Below, one piece after another: positions 35,281 through 49,600 of a DNA stretch of 64,000 nt; the stretch's first letter is position 1; each line of letters starts with the position of its first letter. Location of the stretch: contig BCIN01000009.1 of the NCBI GenBank assembly GCA_039545335.1, positions 248,001 through 312,000 on the forward strand. The letters are read 5' to 3'. The DNA comes from Kondoa subrosea (taxonomy: Eukaryota). The notes below the pieces were generated by a model. It was given only the letters and a program-made list of their open reading frames with translations, was not told where the DNA came from and made no database searches. Made by a program: the position numbers and the translations under genes.

Positions 35281-38222
35281 CTACTCTTTAACAATCTGGT
35301 ACCAAAACATCAGCTAACTTAGCCAGGAATATACTAATATTTGCTCACTTTTCGTATCGACCATAAATAAGAGCGATCATTTCTTTCCGCCTCAGTCATG
35401 TTCCAATTCCGCATTTCATGCTTGTGCCGAGTTTCTGCTTCTTTGCACGCAGCCCAGAACTCATCTTCTCCAGTACTACTCGAAGTGGCGAGAGAAGTAT
35501 CTCCTCGACTGTGCTGACTCGAAACGGTGTTTGCTTCGCTGTAGTTGAGGAAACTGGCTTTGGCTTTCAATCGAACAGTATCGGCATTAGGGGTCCAATC
35601 TGCTGCATCGGCTTCATCATCACCGAAATCGAGTTCATCTTCTCCTTCAGTCGCTTGAGAGAACCAGCACTGTGCGTGACAAATGCACTTCAGCTGAAGT
35701 CAGCCAGAAGCAGCATCATGCATACGCACCATTTTGATCGGATCAAAGATCATATCGCCTACGACCCTCACACCGCCCAATCCAGCCGAATACGGAGCAG
35801 AAGATTGAGAAGACAGTTTCCGAACCGCAGGCGAGGAGTGAGCCGAAAGTTGAGTGATCAGAGCAGGTCGAACAGAGGACGCGAGAACATTATCGAAAGC
35901 TCTAAGCGCAGCCTCGTTGCCTTCCCATCTGTCACCATCAATCAGCTCGAGATCCTTCTCATAGGAATTGATTTTATACCTTTGAGCTCGAGGGTTCCAA
36001 GTCATATCGCCTTCAACCCTTTCATGCGCACCGACATTCAGATTTCTTATTAATTGAGGCATAACTTTCTTCCCCTTGGTCAAATCCATCTTCTTTCTTT
36101 TCCCAATGGTTCCACTGCCCAATCCGCCTAGATTAGGACTACCAGGAATCGTATTCAAAGAAGTAGTTCTTTTAGAATGAGCTGAAGCAAGACCAGTACC
36201 AGTACCAAAAGAAGAAGAAGAAGTGGTATATCTTCTTTCCTTTTCTTTGTTGGTTGGTAAATCATCAAACGCATCCAATTCACTTCCATCTCCATAACTT
36301 TTGCTTTTTCTCGGTCGTTTCAAAATATGTGTTGCTGTAGTAGGAGAAGTCAATAGACTAGAAAGAGAGGAAATGGAGGAATTTGTTGGTGACATTCTCG
36401 CTGTGCCGAGCATAATGGTAGAGGTTCGCCCGGTATGATCTGCTGCTTTAGTGGATGAGATTGATCTTTGTTTGAGACGTGAGGAAAGAGTAGGCATAGT
36501 GAGACGTAAAGCTGCAGAAGAAGAAGCTGGTGTTGAAGGTCGAGCGGGTGGAATAGTAGGTGAAGCTGAAAGTTCTCTTTGCTGTAAGAAAGCCTTTTTG
36601 GGATTCATCGGGATTGAAGGCTGACTTGGTGGTCTTGTACTCGAAGGTCTTGATGTAGGCGTATGTGAATGAGGTGCCCGAGAGACCGGAGGGACGGAAT
36701 TGACAGAATTGTCAGTCAGAGATGGCATAGACTGTTTTCGAGATAGAGTACGAAGGCTTGGTACAGGTGGGAAAGATTCGGTCGAACCTATTGAGTTGGA
36801 TGACATGTGAGGAGTAGATTTCTTGTAGCGCAGTGTTCGAGCTTCATTTGACGGGTTGCGAGCTTGAGTTGCAGGGACTGCAGAAGAAGTTCTTCGCTGA
36901 AAGCCTGAGGTAGAAGTAGAAGCTACAGCAGCTGTATTTCGACTGCTAGAAGTAGTGCGACTAGAAGATGGACCGAAAAGATTGGTGATATTAGTCTTGC
37001 TAGCGCTTGATTTCCTTCTCGTACTGCTCCCTTCCTGCGAACCAGAGGGAGTACCAGTCTGTATACTACCCAACTTCATCGTACTTATAGGTATTCGGGT
37101 GCGAGAGAAAGAATCATCGTTGATGATTAAGCCATCTTCGTACAATTCGGTAGCACGTTCGGCGTGCTTGCGCTTCTCCAATCGACTCGAAGCTCGTTGA
37201 GCCAATCTTTGAGCTGGGGTTTCTGGTACAACGTCTGGTGCAGTAGATGACTCCAGTCTTGCTTTGAGATTTTGCGCAATCAAACTCTTCAAATCGACTT
37301 TACTTGGCATGATCTTCATCTTAGATCCAAATTGTTGCGGTGCAGGCGAAGCAGGAGACAGCGGTCCACCAAGGTAAGGTGGTAGTTCGATATCGTCAAA
37401 GAAATTAGCATCTTCATTATCGAAATCCGAAAAGGAATTGGATGAAGAGATGGTAGTCGTACTTGTTCGTGGGCGAGAGCTACGCGAATCAGGGCTGAGA
37501 AAGAGTTTGGAACGAGACGAATTGTCTCCGCTTGTGGAATTGACAGAACTGTCACGAGAGTGATTTGAAGAAGAAGACAGAGTTGCTGTTCTGGCTTTGG
37601 TTCGACTCGCACTGAGAGTCACTTGGGCCAAGTCTGCTGGTAAATCGAAATCCGTTTCCAGAAACGCTTCGTCGGATTCTTTTTGTGAAGCGAGACTTGA
37701 AGCGGAAGAATTTGGCCGTCGCAATTGTTGACTTAGAGCAGATGTAGGCCTTGCAGGGTGTATAGCAGGACGCGCAAACGGCGTCTCGTCTCCGTCGCCA
37801 ACGGAAATCTGTGAAGAGAAACTTGCTTTTGCCTTCAGTGAATGTTGAGCGATTGCGTGACCAGAGTTGAGTTGAAAGTCTGAGTCCCAATCATGTGCTT
37901 GAACCTTTTGCGTTACACTGCCTAAACGCTGTACGGTGCCCAATTGCTGTCCTTGATTCTTGAGTGCAGATAACTGCCTCAAAGCCTCCAATTGAGGTGC
38001 ACTTTTGAGAGTGTTTGATACTCTAAGAGTGTTTGACTTGTCCCAGTCCTCCTCTTCCGCATCACTGAATGTGCTCTCTGAATCCTGCAAGGGCGGTCTT
38101 ATCTGGAAATCAGATATTGGGGTACTGGACAAGTTGCCATGATCTGGTTTAACAGGAGAGGAACCTGAAGGTATGGCCAGAGTGCCTTCGAAGTCATTAT
38201 CGTAGAAATCATCCATTGACAT
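35281..38222 (-). CDS. BYR4: Septation/mitotic exit two-component GAP scaffold Byr4/Bfa1
   Basis: YGDGSELDAFDDLPT, GDMTWNP..RWEGNE, RPALIT and VVGDMIFDPIKMCW paired repeats in a Ser-rich protein. Confidence 0.8.
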
Positions 38223-39020
38223 TCCGGAAGTAGTGCAGCTGGGCAGCCTGAAAGTGCCCGGTGCGCTATTGATTCAATGGCATGGTATAAAGAATAGGGT
38301 ACTGTTCAGCTTGGTATAGCCCGGCGCTGCGAGAACCTCCTGGAGGTTTGGGTTCAAAGGGCAAAGGACTTTCATTCACGAGCGAAGTTGTCAACAAATC
38401 AAGACCTGTCCTGTTCTCAAGTGTGCTGTGTATCTAGCGCAATATACATCTGCTATATCTCGCGACCAATGTCGGGCTCATCAGGTCTGCTTATGGATCC
38501 GGGATTTCGATTTGCCTCGACATGCATCTGTGCTGTCATGTTCCACGCTTTGCTGATGCCTCGCCGCGATCTTTGCGTTCCTCGACAGACTCCTCTTGAT
38601 CTAAGGCGTGTTCTTTCCCTTCTTCTTCTGCCTGGGGATAGCCGATATCTCGCGTATATCGAGTTACAGACTCTGTCACATGTCAATGCTTACATAGCTG
38701 TCCGCCAGTAGTCTCACTGAGGCGTGCTGGACATACAGATGACGCGGCGAGCGAGCCTAGAGTCAAATTGTGATAGTGTCTTTTGTTCGCCAAAATCCTT
38801 TTGAGCATTTCTAGTGTTTATCCAAACCCGGATTTTATCTGAGCACTCCCGACAAGAGGCCAACTACGCCTATAGGGCCTTTTGTTTCATCTTACTTTGT
38901 ACAAGGGAGAAGAGAATGCAGGGGCCTTCTCGCTTCTTCCAGCTTGGCTCAATACATCCATACCCCTACTACTGCTGCTAGTATCGTCAACGAAAGCTTC
39001 TTATACTCAACGACTGTGGC

Positions 39021-39834
39021 AATGACATCTCCTCAAGCTAGACCGCTTTGGTTGAATAAGGAGAAGAGGACTCATTCGCTGCCCAATCTCTACGCAAAGC
39101 AGGCAGCTCAAGGATTACAATTAACTTCGTCGGGCGCACAGAAATTAGAGGGTAGAAGGAAGGACAAGCGTCCGCGTATTGACTGTGTGCAACCTGTAAG
39201 TACTTACTTCACTTGGCTTTCCCTTAACAAGGCTCACTCTTCTTTCCTTCAGACCACACTTCAAGCACCAGTTGAAATTGCATCTCGAAGAGAAAGCAAG
39301 TCACTTAAGAGACATCGACCCAGTCAACGAGAACGCAAGCTCCAAGCTGCCTTTTGTTCCTCAGCTCCATTTCCATCTTCGCCTTGTCCATCATCTTGCT
39401 ACAGTGAACAATTGGACCATGAAGCTTTTGCTGAACTTCGAAGAGAAACCAATGCCAACAACCTTAGCTTTGTCCTTTCTATGCAAAGATGGGAAGCTTC
39501 TCATTCTTGGTCGACTTCGTGCCCCTCTTCTCCGCCCAATCCATCAGTTACAGCACCTTCTGTAATATCAGATATGGACATGAATGCAACAAACGAAGAG
39601 GATGAAGATTTCGAAGAAGAAGAAGAGGTGCAATTCGTACTAGATTTCGGTGAAGAGGAAACTTGCAGCTATACCTCTGATCTACCTTCCTCGCCCGAAC
39701 TCAGTCCAACTACCTCTATTTCTTCCGCTTCTTCAGTCATTTCCGATTGTCCACCATCTACACCTCAATATTATGAACAGCCAGGTTCTGTAGATTGGCT
39801 AACGACATGCTTCAAGGCAACAAGAATAGATTAA
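39021..39834 (+). CDS. Hypothetical Ser/acidic-rich protein
   Basis: Long ORF with ATG at 39021 and a probable in-frame 57-nt intron near 39196-39252; no recognised domain. Confidence 0.6.
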
Positions 39835-40062
39835 AAGGATTCATAAGGTCACGCTGGGCGTCGTTCCGTATTGCTCATGAGTCATGTGTAGTCTTTATGT
39901 ATAAATTTGTCGCGCTCTGTCGTTCTCTGTCGTTCTTTATATCTTGTAACTCAATACGCGAAAAGAAATTAGCAATGCATTCTTTTATATACACATCCTT
40001 ATCGTTGACTAGTCGTCTATTCCATTCTCGCTCTCTTATGAGCTCTATCATCTAGATCGGAT

Positions 40063-43000
40063 TCAGTCGAGCTCTTCGACCTGTCCAAGGTAAGCCTAAT
40101 TCCCCTCCACAAGTAAAATCGACTATAGACTGACCTCGACATCATCCTCATCCAGGTCCATTCCGTTCTCCGTCTCATGATTAGGTACAACAACCAATCG
40201 ATTTGCGCGAGCATCGAGTTTGACATGAGCTACTTCGCCCTCACGAATAGCTTCAGCCAAGATCAAGCGCGACAGAGGAATGAGTAAGTTGTTTTGAATA
40301 ACAGCGGCCAGAGGTCGAGCTCCGTAGAGTGGCGACACCCCCGCATGACCCAGCCAGTCTTTAGCATCAGTGTCGACATCCAAGGTAATCTTCTTGTTGT
40401 TGTCTTCAATCCGCCTTTGCAGTTCTTTGAGGCGACTTCAAAGCAACATCAGCTTTCTGTCGTTGCACTGAATTCTGTACTTACACGTCAACGATCTGTC
40501 TGACCTGTTTCTGACCTAGTTTGTTGAAGATGACAGTAGCGTCGATTCTGCCAATGAACTGGAGTGGCATGAGCGCAGAACACAAGATTAAGAAAGCCTC
40601 AACTTACCTCGGGCGGGAAATGGGCCCTTCAAAAGAAAAGCGGAAGATCAGAAAGTTTCGGCAAAATGACCAAAGGACTTACTTGATAGCTCCCTGCACA
40701 AGACTTCTCGTTTCCTTTGGAATAGTTCCGTCTGGTATATCGTTCAAGTACGCAGCACCCAAATTCGATGTCATTATTACGAGACAATTCTTGAAATTGA
40801 CGATTCTTCCTTGCCCATCAGTCAGTCTTCCTGCGTCCAGAACTTGTAGGAATAGAGTAACTATGAAGTTTATGAGCATGCACAGACTCTTTGCTTTGAA
40901 CGGCAAACTTACCGAATTCCCGAGCTGCCTTTTCGATTTCGTCAATCAGAACCACAGCGTAAGGGCGTTTTCTGATGAATTCCGTAAGTTGTCCGCCTTC
41001 TTCGTATCCCACATAGCCTGCTGGACTTCCCACTAGTCTGGAAACAGAATGCTTCTCGGTGTATTCAGATGCGTCAATTCGGATCAATGCTTCTTCTGAA
41101 TCGAACAGGAACCGGGCCAAGGCCTTGGTGAGCTGAGTCTTGCCTATGCAGGAGTATTAATCCTGTTTTCGATCTGTATACCATTTTACGCACCTGTACC
41201 CGACGGACCACAGAAGAGGAAGGAAGCGATAGGTCGATCTTGAGAGTTGAGGCCAGAGCGGGAGAGTCTGATAGCATTCGATACAGCCTTGATTGCTTCC
41301 GGCTGACCGACGATCTCTTCGCTCAAAAGTTTTTCCATGCTGAGCAATTTCTCCTTTTCCGAAGCCTTGAGACGAGTAACAGGAACACCGGCTGTTCAAG
41401 AAGCATGTAAGCACTGGATCACTTCAATGAGAGTAGATGACCCACTCCATCGAGCAACAACTTCAGCAATAGCATCTGTAGTGACCGAATCTGTTTCGCC
41501 TAGGATATCGCCTCGTGCCGCATCATCAAGTCGCTTCTGTGCTTCCATCTTTTCTAGAGTAGCTTGAACATCAGGAATCGAGTAATGACGCAGATCGGCA
41601 GCACTATCATACTTCTATCAGCAAGGTATAGTTGGGTGACTTAAGCAAACCTTACGTAGCTAGATCATAGGCTCTTTCTGCTTTCTCTGCCTTGGCACGA
41701 AGATCATCTATCTTTTGTCGCAATGCTTGAACCTGATCAATGTCTCAGCATATTGACCATGAATACCTCGATGAACAGCTCACCTTTTCTGCTCCTTGTT
41801 TCTGAGCGTCGAACGCAGCTCTCAGCGGAGTAAGCCGATCATCGATCCCTCGAATCTCTTCTTGAGCTCGGCTTAGGCGTTCTTTGGAGTTATCATCTTT
41901 CTCCTTTGACAAAGCTCGAACTTCTACTTCCAGTTGAAGTTTGGCTCGTTCCAAGCTGTCGATGATTTCAGGTTGTGAATCTCTTGCTACTCGAACTCCG
42001 GCAGCTGCTTCGTCGATAAGATCGATTCTGCAATACAGTCAGCAATCTGTCTGGCTAACGAACAAGCGCACTTACGCTGAATCAGGTAACTTTCTGGCAG
42101 TAAGATAGCGACTCGCCAGAGTAGCTGCTTGAACGATGGCTGCGTCGGTGATAGAGACACCGTGATGTACTTCGTATTTATCCTTCAAACCACGCAAGAT
42201 TGAAATAGCTTCTGGTACTGATGGCTCGTTTACTGCAACTTGTTGAAATCTTCGTTCCAGAGCTGAATCTTTCTCGATGTATTTCGTATACTGAAGATGC
42301 AATGAGCTGAAATCATTCCAAGCATTGTAGTGACTGACTTCGTTCAAAGTGGTAGCGCCGATACAGCGTAGTTTACCTCTAGCCAGAGCAGGTTTCAAGA
42401 GATTGCCAGCATCCCTGCAAGCAATAGATTGAGATTCACGAGATAAGTTTCGAATGGAGGGATCTTACATGCCGCTATCTCCTTTGCCAGCCATCAAGAG
42501 ACTATCAGGATGATTTATTAGACGGTGAGTGATGGATCGAGGAGCCATCACGACTTACTGCATTTCATCAACTGTGAGAGCGAAATCAGCGATTGTTCCG
42601 AATAAAATGAAGTGGACTTACTGAACAGGATAACATTGCCTTCTGCTTTCTCCACTTCATTCAGTACATCTTTAATACGCTGTTCGTATTCTCCTTTGTC
42701 TGAAAGTTTACAAGTTAACGATGATAATGTTTACTCAGTGCACTTAACTCACATGATGCGCCAGCCATGAGAGCACCCATATCGAGAGACATCAGGCGAG
42801 CGATTAGGTTGGCAGGGACGTCCCTAATGCGGGATGAGCCTTACACAAATCGCAATTCCGGTCTACCAATTACTTACCTATTGACGATTCTTTGAGCCAA
42901 CCCTTCGGCTGTTGCACGGAGCAGTGAGAGAAGGTTCGAAATTTTCCCATTAGTGTGGCTTACCGACTGCTGTTTTGCCTGTTTGCAATTTTTAGCAGGG

Positions 43001-43878
43001 ATCAGTCAAGGCAAGCAGAGAGCAATGGGTCAAAAAGCGCTTACCCACTCCTGGCGGGCCAACCAAGCAAGCGTTGTTCTTAGATCGACGAGATAAGACG
43101 CGAATGACTCTGTGGGCATACCTCAGCTCTATGAGTCTTTTGACAAGGAGAATAGACTAACCTTCTGATCTCGTTGTCTCTTCCAATAACTGGATCTAGT
43201 TTGCCTTCTTCGGCCAGAGCAGTCAAATCGATAGCATATTTTGCGAGCTAGCGAGAGGAGGATATAAGATCATATAGTAATATAATGTCAACAGAAACTT
43301 TAAAGACTTACGGCCTCAAAACCCTGTTCAGCTTGTTTGCTATCCACATGTTTCGACCCTCTGATCTCCGTAATCGCAGTTTTCACAGCTTGTTCCGTCA
43401 GACCAGACTCTTTGAAAGCTTGTACAATTTGAGGATCAACCAATAAACCGAGAACGAGGGCATCTTGAGAGATGAAAGTATCGTTCTTTTCTTTCGCGAC
43501 TTGTTGAGCTTGTCTGAGTACTTTATGAGATTGAGGTGAAAGATCTGCTTCTTCCGGTGCTGGACTTTGAGATGGTAGTCTAACGAGTAAGCGTTGAAGT
43601 TGACGAGTCAAGATTTGGGGATCTGCTCCAGCTTTGGAACAGACTGAAGTAAGAAGATTAGCTCCTGCTCTTGCACTAGCAGTTGATTGTTCTTGTAAGA
43701 GCGCAACAGCTAGATGGATGGGAGTGACTGTTGAATTTGCATTGTCCTTCGCAAGCTGGATTGCAGCTATGATAGTCTTCTCTGTCGCTTCACTGGTATA
43801 GAGAATATGTTGAGCCTCTCCTCCGACAGCTACTTAGTCCCAGGAGACATACGTGAATTTGAAGTTTGACGAAGACAT
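40063..43878 (-). CDS. HSP104: Hsp104/ClpB disaggregase, many introns
   Basis: Clp N domain, [72 protein letters not shown]-terminal VEVEELD*. Confidence 0.95.
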
Positions 43879-44128
43879 GACGATAATTCACGCTATAAGA
43901 TAAGCGAGGAGAGTCCTTGAAAGATGCGGGACCAAGGGCCTTTCGTGTACAACACAAATGTAGGTAGATAGGCGGATTACGTAAAGCCTTCGAGCGGAAT
44001 GACACAACTTGGAATGTAAAGCAACGGTTGGAGACAGCAAAGCAGACTGTGTATCAAGCACAAGGAGGTGAATAACGGGGAGCTTCGCTAGATGGCCCTA
44101 GACCGTTCGAGTTTGACCGAGTATCAAC

Positions 44129-44145
44129 TCGAATCTTCTCGCAAC
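44129..44145. promoter_or_regulatory. Possible heat-shock element in the HSP104 / hydrolase divergent promoter
   Basis: cGAAtcTTCtcGcA (nGAAnnTTCn plus imperfect third unit) about 250 bp upstream of the HSP104 ATG. Confidence 0.3.
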
Positions 44146-44208
44146 ACTCTCGCTCTTATGCCGCGACCGCCTCGTCCGAACCTGCTCCATCTATCCTAGG
44201 AAGCAACT

Positions 44209-45534
44209 ATGCTTATCAAGGAATCGTACCAAGATGTCGACACTTCTACAGGTCCGGATTGCGTTGCCAAAATCTGAGGATTGACATTTAACTATTTCGC
44301 TCTATAAGGTCCTATGCGTGTATATCTCGTTTCTCCAAATCTACCAGAGTATCCGCATGCCAAGTTCCCAGGCGTTGTAGTATGGAGTGAAATCTACCAG
44401 GCTTCTGGTTTGCTTACTTCTATCTAATCTAATCTTCTCGTCTCATTCGCTTCGCAGAGCCTGTATTGCGGTTCGCGAATTCTATTGCTTCACAAGGTTA
44501 TGTCGTAGCTGTCCCAACTTGTGTGCGCTCAATGCAAATATCATCTGTTTTCAATTTGTACTTATGATGCGTGTGTGCAAGTTCCACGAATTATGCGGCT
44601 TTGAAGCTTTAGCCTACGATACAAAAGGAACGGATGCCGGAAACGAATACAAAGTTAAGAAACAGCTGACCGCCTACGATTCAGGTATTATCCCTTGGAT
44701 CGGTCTGCAACTGTAATCTAATGCATGGGAGCAGACAGTAAAGCTGCTATTGACCTTTTAGTCAGTCTGCCGAATTGTAATGGACGGATAGCCACAACAG
44801 GGATGTGTCTAGTTAGTTACTGCCTCTTCTGCCTTGCTTGGATCCAGAGCCAGGTCTGACTTTGGGAACAGGGAGGACATTTAGCTTTCCGATGTGCTTT
44901 CGATCCAAGAGTCTTAGCTACAATGTGTTACTTTGCGACTGACATTCATAATGACGCGCTAGGCAGTCCAAATGGGTCAGATTCGCTTATAAGGTGTAAA
45001 GAGATCAAAGGAGGTTAGTTCCAGCTTGTTTGCATTCGCAACAGAAGCTAACATCGCCGCAGAGATTACAATGATCTGCGGGAGAAGTGATCCTCACGTA
45101 CCTCAAGAAGGTAGAACCAAAGTGAGTTTCCAATTTCAAGTTTGATTGCCGTAGCTGACGGCTGGTAAGATTCGGGAAACGCTGCAGAAGAATAAAGTTA
45201 ATGCTAATTTCTGTGAATTGAATGCCAATCATGTCAGTAAACCGAGTATCGTTGAGGAGAGCACTGACATTAGCTGAGTAGGCTTTCATTCGCGATATGT
45301 CAAGTAAAGGACGCTTTGATGCTGCTTTAGCTGTGAGTAATTTCTCAAGCAAGTAGTATCAATCTTACATACTGCTGCATAGAGGGTCTGCTTGTACGCT
45401 GCGTTCAGGTGATCAAACTCCGCAGCTGACTCTTTGGTTCTAGTGATATGCTGCTCGAGCTATTTGACAGGACAGTAGCGCGGGAGTTAGGTCCAAAGCA
45501 AGGCGAAGCACCGGAGGCAGAGGATATTTGCTAG
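44209..45534 (+). CDS. Dienelactone hydrolase family alpha/beta hydrolase
   Basis: MLIKESYQDV, AKFPGVVVWSEIYQ, GTDAGNEYK, nucleophile motif TGMCLGGHLAFR, YFATDIH, DPHVP, HAFIRD. Confidence 0.9.
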
Positions 45535-45833
45535 TTACTACAGTGTGTGGACAAGCGCTCAGCGACAGACGACCCTGACACGATTTTATCCGTAGATTAG
45601 CACACTGAACCCTCAGTATACTCCATAATTGAAAATCAATGAGGATGACGAAAGCGTAATGATTATGTAAGCATGCACGGAAGTCCGGCATACTCGAGGG
45701 AAGCAGGGTCGTACATCAGAGGACTCTACAAACCACTAGATCTGAGGCGAGCTATAGCTGGATTGGTTGTATGCCACTGCATATGTTGCCCCACGTTTTC
45801 CGACTTTGAATCTCTCTTTCTAGACCAGCAATC

Positions 45834-46601
45834 ATGTTCATCCCTTCAGTACAGCAAGTCTTCACAAGTGGACTCACTCTGTTCAGCGGCAGTATGCCTC
45901 ATTTCCTGTCTGAAATATAGGTTCGAGCTAAATGAGGCGATTTCTTGTAGAAGACAAAGTGCTTTCCTCTGGCAAGATCTTGGATTACTCAGTAGAGAAA
46001 TGCATTGAGTACTTTAGATCACTGTCGGAACTCGATGAGATCCTGATAAAATCCCAAAAACAGCGCTGATGGAAACAAGGTATGACATCGGCCAAGATCC
46101 ATTTCTTCTCACCGCTTATGCTTTATACGTGGCTATAGCGCTGCTCAAACCCTTTCCTGGTTTCAAAGAGTACCACCTACAACATCGAATGGAACACCGA
46201 AGGTAAGTTCTCAGCATAAGCCCTTGCAAGTCAACAACGTTGAAGCCTCGTCTTCATATCCCAGGCGTGATTTCACATACTACCGCAGAAATTCGTGATG
46301 TTAAATCGAGTGAGATTGTCTTCTATGTAAGCAATTCATTCTGGAAGAAAACGCTCTATACTCAATCGTGGACAGCGCGACACCAATGGCGAGTGGACAG
46401 CAGAGAAGAATGAACTAGTCTACATTGGTAAGCTCACATGCTTCTCTAAATCTTACACATATGCTAAAAATGCGATGCAGACTTCAAGCCGAAGGTTAGC
46501 TCATACATCCCTTCTCGAGCATGCCGTACTGACTCGAGTAGCCTAATACCGGCCCAAATGCCAACAACACTGTCGAGTACACCGTCTCTTACAAGAAGTA
46601 A
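45834..46601 (+). CDS. Small hypothetical protein (~125 aa), 7 exons, absent from ORF track
   Basis: Six GT-AG introns join in frame: MFIPSVQQVFTSGLTLFSGKDKVLSSGKILDYSVEKCIDADGNKRCSNPFLVSKSTTYNIEWNTEG...YRDTNGEWTAEKNELVYIDFKPK...VEYTVSYKK*. Confidence 0.75.
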
Positions 46602-46694
46602 GGGTCGACCGGACAATTTCTCAGCTTTGAATGCTCTTGTACAATTGAATGCGATGCATTTTCATACTATTATAATATCTATACAATAACCCTA

Positions 46695-49600
46695 TTATTG
46701 GAAGTTCCTGTTATGCGCGCTGACGACCTTCTCCAAGTTCGAAAACAACCACAATCTCGACGCTTGTTCCGGTACAGCCAAGAAAGGTCCTGGTTTTCCT
46801 CCTCTTAACACCAAAGCGATTCCTTTAGGCTCCAAAGAAATGCTTTGAAGATCTGAGAGAGGAACATCCCAAGCGACTTTCATCTTGATGATCCTGGCCA
46901 ACAGAATCCGAGTTTGAGTGAGAATGACAACCAGATCGTGATCGTCGCCTTCATTAGTCTTGATATCTAGATGAGCAACGTATTCCTCCTGTGGACTCTC
47001 ATATCAGTACAGGGAGAAGCAACTGAAAGGTTAAGGCATACTTTGAAGTATTTGGCGTTTTCGACATTCTTCATCCAAGATTGACCAAGCGCTTCTCTCT
47101 CTTGGTAAGGTCGGAGCACACCATCTGCAGCAGTATGCCTGGGCATTCTGACACGATCGATAGCTGTGGCATCAAAGACTGTTGTAGTATTCCGAATGCC
47201 TATTCCGGAATGATGAGTGCAAGTCTGCGAGCATATGGTCCGCAACAAACCTTCAGTAACACTACTGGCCATGTCGAAGAATCCGACAGCTGGTTTAGTG
47301 AATGCTCTTCAGAAATTGGTCAGACTTGTTTCAAGGCAAGCTAAGCAGATTGGCTCACCCAACCATGCCCTTTCCAATTCCTTTGAAGAAACCGGCTGGA
47401 CCGTCCGCTTCAGCACCTTCGAGAGGTTTGCGCTACATAAGACTGTCAGCTCAGCTTTCGTCCAGTGACAATGCACTTACTGCTAGACCCTCGAATCCAC
47501 TTGCAACACTGGTGACAAAGCTATCGGCTCCGCTTGCCACACCATACAGAGCATGCTTGGGCTTGTTTCGAGCTCTTCGCGCTCTTCGACGGCTCTGGAA
47601 CTCGGAATCCATTGTGACCGCCGAAAGACCTTTACCAATCGAGCCAGTAACTTTGGAGAACGAATCGCTGAATCCAAAGACAGTCTTTTTGACAAAGCTT
47701 CCAGCCCCCTGGATTACATGTCAGGTCAGCATGGGATACCTCGCCAATACAGCGCAGAGCGAACTTTGGCCATAGTCGATCCAAAGTTAATTTCATTGCC
47801 ATCAATAATGCCTTCTATCGGAGCGTAGAAGATATCAGCGACACCTGAGCTGACGTTCTGGAACAGTCCAATCGGATTGCCCAAGAAGTCCGCAGATCCG
47901 AGAACTCGATACAGCTGATTCTTGAATCCTGCCGCATAATGTAGAGAGATTCGGTCTGTCAGAACCGGCAAGGCGAGGCGAACATTCTCAAGGAAAAGCG
48001 CATTCAACTGAATAGGAGCATCGTTGACATTGCCCAAGGCCATAGTCAGCGCATTGAGGAAGAAGGCTACTGGGTTGCGATTGTCGAGGAATGTTCTGTC
48101 CGAGCATTAGAGCTTATTCGCGAAGCGTAAAGAGAATAGACTCGCTTTGCATCGCTATTCAATGCTTCCGTCCGCATGAAAGATAGATCAAGCTGAATTG
48201 GCTGTAAAAGCAGTGTTTCGAAGTATATGTCGTTCGCTACGGCTGCTGCTTCTGGTTCTGGTATTTCAGTAGGTTCTTGTGTCAAGCAACTACGAGATCC
48301 CAGTCAGGCAAATCAAGCATCTCTGGCGTTGAAATTGCATACGATGATTTGTCGGTCTGCCAGCTGGCTCCTTCGAAGCGGGCGAAATCGACCACAGCAT
48401 AGATGAAGTCTTCATCTATCTCGACCGTTATCTCTTGCAGCAATAGAGACTATGGCATAATGATCAGTTGCAAGTTCATTGAGTAGCTTGATGTGCTGAC
48501 TGCATATTTTATATAGGTAACACCGTGCCCTAGAAATCATATTAGCAGTGCGAAGGACTAGAGAGAATTGGAGCACGCCTTTGTCTTTGAGTATGGATAA
48601 TTTGATTTGTACAGTTGGGAATTTCTCGAGCTCTTTGCCCTGATTGGCTTGATGAGGAATGACTGCTGGGTATAGAATGATGGGGAATATTCCACCGAAT
48701 CTACGTGAAACATAAAACCATGGCACGATTGCTGTTGTATGGCACGCACAATTGGTTATCTATCTGAATCCACTTGATTTGGACGGCAATGTCTTGACCT
48801 TTCGGTGTTTCGGAATAGTCAATCTCAAAGCCACGGAATGATATATAAGTGAGTTCTTGCATCCGACTGTTGATTAATGAAATGCCCAGACCAGCTAGAT
48901 TGACCTTGAAGGAGAAAGTTGGTTTGACTTCTTCGGTCTCTTTCTCTTCGAACTCCAGCAGGCTAATCATTGGCTGTTTCCGAGACGGCTGCTGCGAATT
49001 CTGCTGCTTTTTGGGTCTGTACAGACTGGTTTCTTCAGAGTAGTCGCCAATCGCTATAATCTGACTGAGATCTTGGGCAGAAACGTCCAATTCGAGGACG
49101 TGAGAGCCACCATTGTGCTGATTACAGTCAGCTTTCGTCAGAGCGATCATATAGGAGCGGGACTAACAGGAACTTGATATGGCATTTGGGGACCGATTTC
49201 AAGAGGATTGATTTGCTTTTTGAGACCACCAGAGACCATAGTCAATGTCTTGATACCTTGGCTTGGTATATCCCATGTGTAGGGAAGATGACTTCCAGGC
49301 TGCAAGTCATATATTTTTGGACGGCTTGACTCGTTCTCTGTCTCAGGCTAGCGGACGCCTTTAGCAAGGATCTCTGACAGGCTACTTGCTATGAGAGCTC
49401 ACTGTTTGATAGAAAGAAACTTGCACGGAACTCTTGTTGTGGACGTAAAATGGCCATCTCCCAGTTTCTTCTTGTAACTGAATATGTACGCAAGCATTAT
49501 CCACGAGCACTTCAGCGCGGAGCAGCTTCTCTTTGCCGTATTTGACAGGATAGCGCAGGTAAGTACGCCCGACCTCTTGTATATTCAGAGCTGCAGTCCA

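Noticed and set aside
35418..36053. 211-aa + strand ORF and many similar antisense ORFs in the track
   Set aside because: Shadow frames of well-supported genes on the opposite strand
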